Source: Cyanidioschyzon merolae (Eukaryota). From it: 64,000 nt of DNA. The stretch lies in assembly GCA_000091205.1 (NCBI GenBank), contig AP006500.2, one strand, 5' to 3'. This document shows positions 53,674-64,000 of the stretch, one piece after another. A program made the position numbers and the translations under genes. A model generated the notes under the pieces. It worked only from the letters and a program-made list of their open reading frames with translations, was not told the DNA's origin and searched no databases. How positions within the stretch are numbered: position 1 is the first letter of the stretch; each line of letters starts with the position of its first letter.

Positions 53674-55281
53674 GTGATCGATTGCTGGAAACCGCTGGAA
53701 AGAAGCACAACCGCAACCCTAGACATCGACAAACGCTAACGTTGGCGGCTGGCGAAGCGGTGCAGCGCGCAACGGATCGCGCTGCGCTGCATCCAACGTT
53801 GCGCGATAGGCGTGTCGATTGACGGAGAGTTTTTTATTGGACAACATGTGTACAGTCGCGAGCTGCGCCCTCAGACTGCGCGCCTGATCGCAAGCCTCGC
53901 TGGAGCGTCCATCGTTCCACGCCCTACTTCCAAGTTGTATAACCCATGCTTCGTTTCGACTGATGGATGATGACGCGCTACAGCGCTGTCGAGCAGCAGC
54001 TGGGGATAGATTGCAGCAGGCGCAGCACAGCGCCGGACGACGCATAGGCAGGTGCACGTGCGCGACGCGCTTTGGCAAGCCGATCGATGGGCCAGCGGCA
54101 TGATGCGAACCATACCGAGTATGGGTTGTATCAAAAATGAAGGAGCATTGGGGAATCGAACACGAAGTTTGGTGCACCGGTGGGTGCTTTTCCGATCGCT
54201 GATACCCAGCGTGTCTGCATCGTCGCCGTTCAGAAATAAACGTTCTGTGCAAAAAAGGACAGCGCGCGCGTATCTTTCGGCCCGGAGTCGATGGCGCGTT
54301 GAAGCGTTGCTGGATGGACTCGGATATTCTCTCTGCTTGCTGACAGAGATCGCATACCGAGGGGAATCTGTGTAGCGTCACCGATCCCAGAGCAGTGGCG
54401 ATATGGACGATGAACGCTGTTCGGGTATGGGCGAGCCACGTCTATGTCTGCTTTGTCCATATCCAGGCGTGTTGGGCGCATGCACGTGTGGCGACCTGTG
54501 CAACCGAGTCGGGATGAGCGCATCGGAGCTAAGACCGAGGTTTTAGCGAACTGCGTCTTTTGCTCTAACGGGATGAAAATGAAAACTGGGAAAGGTTCAC
54601 GTGTATTTAACTAGAGTTCCTTCGGCACAAACAATCCAGCGGATCGGACGAATCTGCCGTGATTATGCTACGCGCGCATCTGCAGTAGTGCATGCTGCCA
54701 CGATACCTCGTCAGCTCATGCTATCGGAGTATTTCTGGAACTAGGAGTATACAGCCACCGCGTAGACGTCAACCAGGCTATTGTGGTCTGGCAATGGATT
54801 GTTACGCGCCCCGGCCAGCTGCTAGTCTATCTGTGCGGTTCGCTGGATCCCAGAATAACGAAGAGACACGGCCTCGAATCGGATGAACAAGGCCTAGCTT
54901 CCGCGTTCGAAAATGCGGCTCAAAGGTATTCGGGCCTTGTAGGGCAAATGCTGTGCAGGTGCGTCCCGTGTCACGCCGAGCATCAAAAATAAGCGCAGCA
55001 ACCGGCGGGCGGTTCTCCAATCGTTCCAGCTTGTATTCATATCAGGGAAACATCGCTCTGGATACCGAGATATGCAGAAGCTTATGTAGAGTCACTATGT
55101 TTTCTTCTCTGGTCTCTGAGAGCAGTGATGTATTCGGGGAAGGTCTGATTCGAATCGTCGATCTCACTCGCTTAAAACCGGCACGCAGCCCACGTCCGGT
55201 GCTCCGCACAGCGCCCGCCGCCTTGCATCGTGCGCGTTACCCAACAGCGCCCTGCACGACTGCGGGAAAGCGCTGAGCCTC

Positions 55282-56241
55282 GTGCTCGTCGAGTTGTGCT
55301 GCACTGTTCACGCGTCGTCGACTACATCGGTTATATGTGCGCTGATCGTGGTTCCGGTCCACGAAGGCTGGGTTGTTAGCGAAGAACGAACTTGTGATCC
55401 TGGGATGATCCCTGTCCTGCGCGTCGCCACGCTTGCGGCACTCGCCAGGCACCTGCGACCTCGACAACGTCTACTTGGTTTCGACTTTTGTGGGCCCGCT
55501 GTCCTGGTCGCAGCTTCAGATAGAGAACGCACGCAGGCGGCACCGTTTGGTGTGTTTTCACGCTCTACCGATGGAGTCCAGGCGGACGCGACGTTGCTCA
55601 ATCAGGTATTCGAGCAGGCACGCGAGTTTGACGCACACGGGCAAGTGAATATCGGGGCGATTGTCGTGAACGTTGACAGCGCGCCTCAAGACGAAAACGT
55701 TTGCATCGTACCGAGTCCTCCACCGGCGCTTGCTGAATATGTGGAAGCGCTCGCACGGAGCCTGGATAAAGCCGTGGATACCGATGAAGAGCGCGCCCAA
55801 GGACTCGCTATTGTCTACTGGAACCAAGCGCACGTACTGCGAACGGTGCGCGCACAGGTGCAGGACCTCCGAGGTGTCATACACGAGCTCGAATTGTATC
55901 CGGAAAGAGAAAAGATCAGTGCAGCAGAGAATAACATGGAAAAACCGGAACCCTTCCTGCGACTGTCGCTTCTGCGGAGAATGCTGTTTGGGAACGGCGA
56001 AGGCATTCCTTCGAGACGACTGCGCAAAGCGCTTCATCGCAGGGAACGCAGACATCCAGGAAGCTACCATGATCCAAAACGTGAGGAAAAAGAGGCTTTT
56101 GCTCGAACGTTCGGAGAGGAGCATCTCGCCGTCCATGAGATTTTAGTGGATGTAATCGAGGAGCTGCGCCAATTTTCACGTGAAGATTCATCAGAGGGAG
56201 CAAGTGTAGAGAACACAAGGGAGTCGACTATGGTGCCTTAA
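55282..56241 (+). CDS. Hypothetical protein
   Basis: 960-bp ORF. Protein-like composition from aa ~60 onward (e.g. 'LNQVFEQAREFDAHGQVNIGAIVVNVDSAPQDENV'), and I recognise no motif. Confidence 0.35.
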   Translation: MLVELCCTVHASSTTSVICALIVVPVHEGWVVSEERTCDPGMIPVLRVATLAALARHLRPRQRLLGFDFCGPAVLVAASDRERTQAAPFGVFSRSTDGVQADATLLNQVFEQAREFDAHGQVNIGAIVVNVDSAPQDENVCIVPSPPPALAEYVEALARSLDKAVDTDEERAQGLAIVYWNQAHVLRTVRAQVQDLRGVIHELELYPEREKISAAENNMEKPEPFLRLSLLRRMLFGNGEGIPSRRLRKALHRRERRHPGSYHDPKREEKEAFARTFGEEHLAVHEILVDVIEELRQFSREDSSEGASVENTRESTMVP

Positions 56242-58828
56242 GGAGGCGAATTCAGAGCATGAGCAGCGATTACCAGTATTTGCTGTCGTCGAACGCATGT
56301 GAAACGCTGGAAATCGTAGCGCAGTCGGTGTCTGGCACGGGACGGCATTCGGCAATACGGTTTCAGATTCCAGAGCGCACGTCCTCAGGGCCGGTAATGT
56401 ACGCTCGCCCAATATATCAGGCACACGAGCTCGAGTTGAACGCATTCGAGCTCTCGACACGCCTCTCCGTGTCTACGCAAACGTACCCGGAAAGGAGGCA
56501 TACGCAGTACAAGGCATCGTATAGACGAACGCGGCAGTATGGCGTGTACCCATATCAGATGAAAAAGGAGCTCTGGAACTGCACGCCAGCTTCCTACGTC
56601 TCGATTTTATTCCGAAGTTGAGTTTAGATGCACATCCTCGACATTCAACGTGAAGCAATACGCACTTACTAATGCATTCGCAGTCCTAGGATCCTGGGTC
56701 ATCTATTCGGAGCGAATCGTTCGCTTCTGTGCCGTTCCTCATGGTCACGTCACCGGAATCAAGAGGATTCGCAACACCCTCGAAAAAGAACGCCCTATAT
56801 ACCAGATATCGTTGCCCAGTGCACACGTCCAAACCCCGATTCCTATGCTGTCCGTTCGTGTGCAGCATGCTGCAACCGTGCATGCTTCAAGTTTTCTAGC
56901 GTGCGGTTGCAAGGCAACTCGTGGGCCCAGCAAGGCGCCCAGCTGCATGGACGCGGTAAACTGCGCGATGGCGTCCCTCGGGGACTCGTTCACGAGCTCG
57001 TGTCCAAAGTCCACTGAAACTCTCAAGTCAAGTAATCGATGCCTCTCGACAGAGAAACGCTCCTCGCTTTGCGGCCAACGACGAGACCGCGCTCGACAGC
57101 AGCAATCGAGCCATGGCAGGGTATGTTCGTGGCGGCTCCGTTGTGTCCTGTTCGCATGAACAAGTGCCTTGGACTGGGGCTTGCGTCACCGCAGCGATCG
57201 CTTCAGGGGAAGGGCGCGTCACCGCTTTGCTCGAAGCGAGCGTAGACGGATCGAGATGCGTCGACATGATCTCCAGCCTGGCTCTCCCTCGTGTACTTGT
57301 TGCATCATGATCGGCGTAGCGCTGCGAGAATCCTCTACCAAATGGGGCAGCGTGCACCTGCGCATTCACCCGACAGAAGACGCGAGGACGGCATCGCTCA
57401 GAACTCTCCAGGTATCTTGGGGCACGGCAGCGAGCGCGGAAATGGAGCAGGGCATCCAGAGCAGCGCCTCCTGTAACCGGATCATGGGCATCTACCGAGA
57501 TACGAAGCAAACGTTTACGCGCCGCAGGGCGGCGCTCGTCGGAAGACGTATGCTAGGCATCTGGAAACACCTGACCAGAGCCGTTCCACGGCTCTGCGCG
57601 TATCGCACCGAGCCGCCAGAGCGACACGATGGGAGCGGCAAGCGCCATAGAGATCTCAGGTACCAGCTGTGCAAGCGGTACGCGAGTCAGACCACGGAAT
57701 CAGCCTGGTTGGGGCTTGGATGCTATCACCAGCATCCTTCGACTGCTCGTATCGAGATCAGGGGGACAGGAGAGCCTGGCGTATGGAAAGTCAGACACCA
57801 GAGACGGGCAAAGCAAGCGGACTCGGAAAGAGCCCGCCACGACCTATGTCGATTTCAGTGGAAAGAGGCCCAATGCATGGAGTACACGCCCGTGTTCGCT
57901 GACCTATTCCATTGTATTCTTACGCGGGTAAAGTGAGAGCATTGCGTAAGCGCATGCGCACACTTATACACACACAAACGCAAACATACATGCAAAGACT
58001 CCCAGTCGCATGCATACACACAAACCAGCTCATGGCCATTGTTCCGACCTATGCACATGAACTACAGCTGCAACAGCCAACAACTGGAAACCCGGTACAC
58101 AGGTTCACGAGGCGTGCCGCTGGACCAGGTTTTGAAACCGATCGTTAGCGCTTCGTTTTTCGCCGCGCACCTGAACCCGGCTGGTTCGGTGTCCCTGCTT
58201 GATTCTTCGCGGAGGGAACAGTTGCCTGCGCCGTTTTCGCGAGTTTCTGTGCCTTTTGGCCACTTCCGGTTGCAGCTTGCGTGCGCCGCAGTTCCTGCAG
58301 CGCTTTCGCGATCGCACGCAAAACTGCTTTTCGCTTTGCCGTGTGCGTCAAAGCGCCGTCATCGCTAGGCTCCTCTGGAAGCTGAACTTTCACTCTCCCT
58401 GCCACAAAAAAATCACGAGGATGCTTCTTATCAGGCTCCAAGAGAGCTGGGAAACTCAGCTTCTCCTGACACACGCGAAAAACCTCCGCGGCTTCCGGTG
58501 CCGAAACCGCTGAGCGCCTCGACACGCGTCGACCATCGGCCCTGCTCCGTTCTTTCGAGAAATAGATTGGGTACACCAAGATCCACTGACCACTGCCTGG
58601 AGCTGGTGCGGTGTCAACCATGCCGCTGAGGCGTGAACACTTGGCTGTGCAACGCTCTCAAGAACGTGCAGGTGAGCAGGCACCCTCAAGCTGGACATCG
58701 TGCGCTCGGAACGATCAAGAGCGTCGGCCCGCATCCTCCACGCTCATGAACGAGATGCTTTGGGTCAGTTTGAAGCTAGCAACAGCGCATAACGATACGG
58801 TTGAGCTTGTTTTCTTTTAGAACTAGAT

Positions 58829-60046
58829 ATGGCTGCTACGTCAACCTTTCCTGGTACTGGCTGGTGTTTGCAACCAGGTCGCCGTTTGAGCACAGCGTTC
58901 ACGCACGACGGTGGTGTGCTAGTGCAGCTCCGGTCTGTGAGGCGGCAGTGCACGTGCAGCGTTCGTGCGGCTCTCGTGACGCCTCCAGGAGGCACGCCCA
59001 GCTGGAGGCCTGCCATGCTGCGTCTTTCCATGCAAGGCGCACAGGATAGCGGTGCGACAACGTCCGGTTTGTACGGAAACAACGAACAGACGCGTAGTGT
59101 GAGAGCGCCCCTGCGAGACGCTGCGCCCTACAGCGCTGTCTGTGAACTTGCCGCCGAAGCGGGGCAGTTGACGGACGCCGAGCTGCAGAGACGCCTTGAG
59201 AGCATCGCGGGTGTGCCTGCCGTGTTCCCCGAGCCGGAAAAACCGCTCGATATCCCCAATGCGCTGGAGTTTTTCCGGCTGCGCACTGGAGAGTGGCTCT
59301 CCAAACGAGTCACGCAGCACATGGCCTTCCGTCGACAGGAGAGCGGCGAGTCGCGCATTACCGCGCAGTTGCTGGAGGCAAACGACGAACGTGTCAAGCA
59401 ACTGTGCGCCCTACACAACTTTGCGGAAGACGCTGCTATGGGTGGCTGCCTCGTCACCTGGCGAGCGACCCTGCAGTGGGACCAGGAAGGCGACGCCCAT
59501 ACCGGCGAGGCGATATTCGCGCTCGTTGCCCAGCCGGGCTCCAACGGACGGTGCGGTAAGATACTCAGGGACCGTGGTTACGCTGAAGTGGTCCCGATAA
59601 CCGGCGACTTTTACATGGATGAGGAAGATGCGCTGTATTTGGTGACACCGTACGAAGGAGGAGAAGTTTCCGAAAAGTTCGTGTTTGCCGAGCGCGATAT
59701 TTTGTATCGCTTTTCCACAGTCAAACGAATGGGCGGCTTCAGTAACGCCACGTATGCAGTAGAGACACGAATTCCTTACACGGGAAACGGCGAGGTTTTG
59801 GACACGTCATCCATTGAGGACGATGACATTAGTATTTTTGGCCTGTCATCTGTTGATGCGCAGCAATCGCGACAGGAAGAAGACAGTAGACTTCGTCGAT
59901 TTGGCTCGCTGCGAGGTCGAATGGGCGACCGATGGGAGAGTCCTCTCGGTAAGAAAATCGAAATCGATGAGAGCAAGTTACCACCTTCGCTGCGATCGTC
60001 TCCGCAGCCGCCATCGTCCTCATCGCCCAGTACTGACGCGGATTAA
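58829..60046 (+). CDS. Hypothetical protein
   Basis: 1218-bp ORF with protein-like central and C-terminal regions (e.g. 'GKILRDRGYAEVVPITGDFYMDEEDALYLVTPYEGGEVSEKFVF'). It ends in an acidic, Ser/Pro-rich tail, and I recognise no motif. Confidence 0.35.
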   Translation: MAATSTFPGTGWCLQPGRRLSTAFTHDGGVLVQLRSVRRQCTCSVRAALVTPPGGTPSWRPAMLRLSMQGAQDSGATTSGLYGNNEQTRSVRAPLRDAAPYSAVCELAAEAGQLTDAELQRRLESIAGVPAVFPEPEKPLDIPNALEFFRLRTGEWLSKRVTQHMAFRRQESGESRITAQLLEANDERVKQLCALHNFAEDAAMGGCLVTWRATLQWDQEGDAHTGEAIFALVAQPGSNGRCGKILRDRGYAEVVPITGDFYMDEEDALYLVTPYEGGEVSEKFVFAERDILYRFSTVKRMGGFSNATYAVETRIPYTGNGEVLDTSSIEDDDISIFGLSSVDAQQSRQEEDSRLRRFGSLRGRMGDRWESPLGKKIEIDESKLPPSLRSSPQPPSSSSPSTDAD

Positions 60047-63000
60047 GCGCTGCGCCCTAAAAAGACGATTCTTCCCAACAACGCCAGCTGTGACATCGTT
60101 CGAAGTGATACATAGTTGATATGCGCATCGATGGACATGCATCTGTCCTTCTCCGCATGCTGTTGCTTTGTTTTTTTTTTTGATTCTGGAGCAACTTGCA
60201 GCATCACGCGGTACCGCTGATCGAAAAAGAAACCCATGCTCAGATCATCGATTGATCCGTGGACACCCGACGAGTGGTAGCGTGCGGCAGCACAGGTTTC
60301 CGCCGTTCCACACACCTGGACGGTGGCTGATCTGCTCCGCCTTAAAAACACGAACGCTGATTCCGGGCAAGTCTTTAATTCGCTGCGTTTTTGTGGTGCT
60401 TGTGATAAGACTTGTAACCGCAGACGCTCAGGACGCGGAGTGTGAGCGTGATCATTGTTGCGGTGGGTTCTGTGCTGGATTGCGGGTCGCGCCTTGTCGT
60501 GGCAAGCTACCATAACAGAAAAAAAATGCAAGATAGCGAGCTTCCTAGCATGTTTCGTGCATCATGTACACTGCGCCTCGTAAGCAACATGAAGATGGTA
60601 CCATTTATGTTGTTATACAGGGAGCAGTGAATTCTGGAGCATCTGTTCGAGGACACACCATTTCTTTTTTCTCTTTTTTTGAAGGTATACAGCTCAAGGC
60701 ATGGATCCTGTAGTTTAGAGATAGCTCGCGAAAAACTTGGTGCTGTGACTACCAGCATGCGAAGAACGGCCGTGCTCGTACAAGTCAGGTATTCTCTGGA
60801 TAGCTGGTGGATGAAGTGCCCCTCAAAAAGTCCTCATGCTCTACGTCATGCACCCGAAACAGAACATATGAACCTTTGTCTACATAATTGCCTCCTCGTC
60901 CATCCATACCACTCCATACGTCGTCTAAGATGAATTTGCGAAGAATCCGCATCATACCAAATTTCCGTACCTTGGATACGAACGAGGATGAAGAGGTATC
61001 GATGGCGAAAAACGAAAACGTGTTTCTGCAGGAAACCTCAGCCCATGGAGCTACACGCGATCGATTTGGAACTAGATCGCGAAAGCTTATGATAGGCGGA
61101 ACGGATGCTTGTCTCGATCAATGAGACCTCATTCGCGAAAAATACTAGAACTGGATATGAGCCAGGAAGAAGTGGGAAATTGCTGGTCTCAAAGGAGCGA
61201 TACCCGTTGATTCCAACAGAATCAGCCGTAGCGGCGATTCAATCATGCGGGCGCCAACAAATCGACGAACGGAAAGAGTCGTTCAACACCTCATCCCCTA
61301 TCGATGCAGTTTCTGGTTTCACCTCTCCGTATTCTTGTGTCCGGGTTGTAGGTCACGTCGCATTTTATCATGCGAAAAACCGCTCAGTGGCTACACAGCT
61401 GAGACTGGCCTTGAGCTGTTCTTCGCGCACGACTGTTATCCCAGGTTCAAGCAAACTGAACGTCCTCCATATTGTCATGTGCCGATTTTACGCGCACAGA
61501 TGAGTAGACGAGCTGTTTGCATGCGTGACGCGCAAGTTCTTCGATAAACTGTACTTTGAGAAATCGATGCCCGCGCTACGCAGCTGTAAAGTGCCCTGTT
61601 GCGCCTCTGCTCGTGTGCGGGAGGAAGCGGAAGGCGCTCTTTTGTCCGTGGGCGTGCTCACGAGGGAGAAGGGAACGAAAACGTGCCACGCGAATACGAG
61701 ATACTAGCATTCATAGTACAGGTGAGTTTCAGTCTAAGCGTCGACTGAATTCCTCTGAACCCGATTGACAGAGCGGAAATGGAGAATACAGACGAAATCC
61801 ATGCCATCATCATGCGTAGAGGAGAAAATGACACTTTCGAGAAAACGACTACGCAGGCAAGAAGAGAACGTGTCGAAGCGGAAAAATCGGTCAGAGAGCA
61901 TTGCCAAAGCCTCTCGATTATAACACATCCAGAAGAAGGATCTTCCATAACGTAAGATGCAGGGCGCAACGGGGAATGACGTAGCTTCCTGGTCGAACGA
62001 GCATCGCCTGGCTTTCCTCATCCTGACAAACTTCGTCATGCAATTATTCGTACGAGATACGCACGCTAGGATATCAGGTGTCCATATTCCTCGGAGAGTC
62101 ATCGATCAAGTCGCCGTGCGACAACAGAACTTTTGCTCGGGACAGAATACGGTTGGGAGGCATGCGATATGAGCGCTTCTGTATCGACCTCGACACACTG
62201 AGCAAAGTACGGAGCAGAGATGAATGCTTCGTCCACTTTATTCAGAGAACGAGAGTGCGCGAACGTCCCAATGTCTCTCTGAGACGATTTTTAACCAGAG
62301 TGCATGAGACTGAGCAGGGATCGCAAGCGGTTTCGGGTGTATACAGGCAAGACGCGTTCATTCGCCTGCGACTTCAATGAGTAGGAAAAGGAACTAACAG
62401 ATAGCATGCGTCATTTGGTAGTAGCCTATGGTGCTGGACGCGCTGTCGCACGCAACTGCTGCAACCCTGGCCCGTCAGTGGGCGCATACAACGCGAACGC
62501 GAGTCGATGCTGCACGATCCCCATCGATGCATTGGGCACGATGTACACGAATCACGAGCACGGTTGTGCGCTGAACCAGGCAGAGGAGCAGGAAGGAAAA
62601 CATATCCCGATGCACGAAACGGTGTAGCATACGCTAGTTGAAGGTCGCATGACGAGGCAATGGAATGTGAGAGACTCGTTCTGTTGTGACTTTACCAGCA
62701 ACATTGGCAGCAAGCACGCTCTGCACCGAAACCCGAACGCCTTAATACATATCCGGAAATGGCTCGTACTGCCGCAGCTCTCAGCGACTGTGTTTCCAGC
62801 GAATTTGCGCGGATATCGTTTCGCAACCAGTGTGGATATTGTGCTGAAATGCTGCAGGTTTGGTTTGAAAGTCTCAGTGGCTTGCGAAGGTGGCATTGGA
62901 TCCACGCGGAGAGCCTGAACCTCACACGGTACCATTCATGATTCCAGCATGGCTAGAATATCGCATCTGTACACCAGGGACGTTTTCCTGGGCAACTTAT

Positions 63001-63102
63001 AGACAATCGTGGTGTTTCATTGTTGAACATTACAGACTATCATGAGACGGACCATACGTCAATGGTTTCCTCTGTCATCTTGGTGCCAATGCGTTGACTT
63101 GT

Positions 63103-64000
63103 TTACCAGCGTTCGCTGGGGTGCGGGTCACCACACCGAAGATCGCAGCACGATGATATCAGGAAGAGTTTTCCCGGGAATGGTCTTGTTGGGCGCTTGA
63201 TCCCCACCAGACGATACGCGTCCATGGAGGTGAGTGGATCCCCAGCCACTCCCAGCTCTACACGTTCGACGAATTCGAAGAATATTTGTATAAACAAGAC
63301 CAGTTCATGCAATGCATACTCTTGACCTGGGCATCGATACATGCCACCACCGAAAGTATAGAGCTGTCGTGTGCGTCCGCGGAAAAGCGCCTTCTTATCC
63401 TCGATGTGCTGGTATCGGCAGGGGTCAAAGCGTTTGCCACCTCGATGTTCATCTTGATGAGCCAGCCAGGGTGAAATGCAGAGGTAATCTCCAGCCGGAA
63501 TGCGGAAATCATCGACGTAAAGCGGCTCGCATCCAATTCGGACCGCGATTCCGCTGCTCGCCAATCGAAGTGTTTCTGTAACAAGCTCCCATGCCATGGA
63601 TTCGGTTACTGGCCGCGCTCGGTTGCACCATTCAGCGCTGAGAACAATTAGCCAACCTGCACTCAATAGAGTATTCGCAGAAGAAGCCCAGAGTAGCGTC
63701 AGCAGAACGGATGCGCATACTTTTTCATCCGAGTCCAATTTGGCGAGCAATTTCCCCGCTGGAGTCGCCGGCTCGACCAGTCGCACAGCTCGTTGCATGG
63801 CTCGTAGGAGCTGTCGACGCGCGCGGCTGAAAGAGCGCAGCAAAAACTGTGGAATCGGCAGCGCAGCCAGCTCAAACTCCCGATCAAAAGCCACGAACGT
63901 TTCATAGAGACGCCCGTCCTTGTTCAAGGCATTTGCACATTCACGCCCGAATACGGTTTGGAATGAAGCGGTAAAGATTAGACGACCACACAAATCGAAC
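63103..64000 (-). CDS. Cytochrome P450, C-terminal part (gene continues beyond the window end)
   Basis: Heme-binding signature 'FGGGMYRCPGQEYA' (FxxGxxxCxG) about 50 aa before the stop, an upstream PERF-like region 'PCRYQHIEDKKAL', and a K-helix-like region. The ORF is open to the window boundary. Confidence 0.7.
   Translation of the reverse strand, partial: FDLCGRLIFTASFQTVFGRECANALNKDGRLYETFVAFDREFELAALPIPQFLLRSFSRARRQLLRAMQRAVRLVEPATPAGKLLAKLDSDEKVCASVLLTLLWASSANTLLSAGWLIVLSAEWCNRARPVTESMAWELVTETLRLASSGIAVRIGCEPLYVDDFRIPAGDYLCISPWLAHQDEHRGGKRFDPCRYQHIEDKKALFRGRTRQLYTFGGGMYRCPGQEYALHELVLFIQIFFEFVERVELGVAGDPLTSMDAYRLVGIKRPTRPFPGKLFLISSCCDLRCGDPHPSERW

Noticed and set aside
53719-54381. Mid-size ORFs in intergenic spacers (53719-54381 -, 57169-57936 +, 5358-5804 -, 8891-9334 -, 29730-30338 +, 50159-50830 -)
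   Set aside because: Their composition is not protein-like (Arg/Cys/Trp/His-rich), I recognise no motifs, and they are typical random ORFs for this GC content.
1-64000. Search for tRNA, rRNA, operons, or prokaryotic defence / mobile-element systems
   Set aside because: I found no T-loop (GGTTCGANTCC) or anticodon-arm-like cloverleaf candidates and no rDNA-like conserved stretches. Gene architecture is eukaryotic, so there is nothing to report.

Overview
This window reads as eukaryotic nuclear DNA, not prokaryotic. Overall GC is high (about 58-60%) with strong GC3 codon bias. Long uninterrupted ORFs of 5-9 kb encode recognisable eukaryotic proteins, so genes appear to be intron-poor or intronless. 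Genes sit on alternating strands with 0.2-3 kb intergenic spacers, and CAG/CAA trinucleotide tracts and homopolymeric D, H, Q, S and A runs are frequent. About 17 genes are supported. Those I recognise by motif are a SLC25A26-like mitochondrial SAM carrier, UDP-glucuronate 4-epimerase, the PP2A activator PTPA, a HUWE1/UPL-type HECT E3 ligase, a CYP38-type lumenal cyclophilin, an APC1 homolog greatly expanded to 2991 aa, an NDUFA12-family complex I subunit, an Stm1/SERBP1-like RGG protein, a NIF/FCP1-like HAD phosphatase with a degenerate catalytic motif, an alpha/beta hydrolase, a TKL-like protein kinase and a cytochrome P450 C-terminal fragment at the window edge. One 2371-aa protein and several smaller ORFs remain uncharacterised. 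Non-genic structure comprises a 50-bp and an 81-bp minisatellite, both in divergent promoter regions; a diverged dispersed repeat of at least 700 bp present in two direct copies (about 790-1500 and 7600-8320); a small tandem duplication of the HECT gene 3' end; and many trinucleotide microsatellites. The CYP38-like and GAE genes together with the near absence of introns suggest a GC-rich, intron-poor, photosynthetic or formerly photosynthetic protist (a unicellular red or green alga, or a stramenopile), but I cannot fix the taxon from sequence alone. I see no CRISPR array, defence island, operon or tRNA/rRNA gene. All identifications rest on remembered family motifs and should be confirmed by database search.
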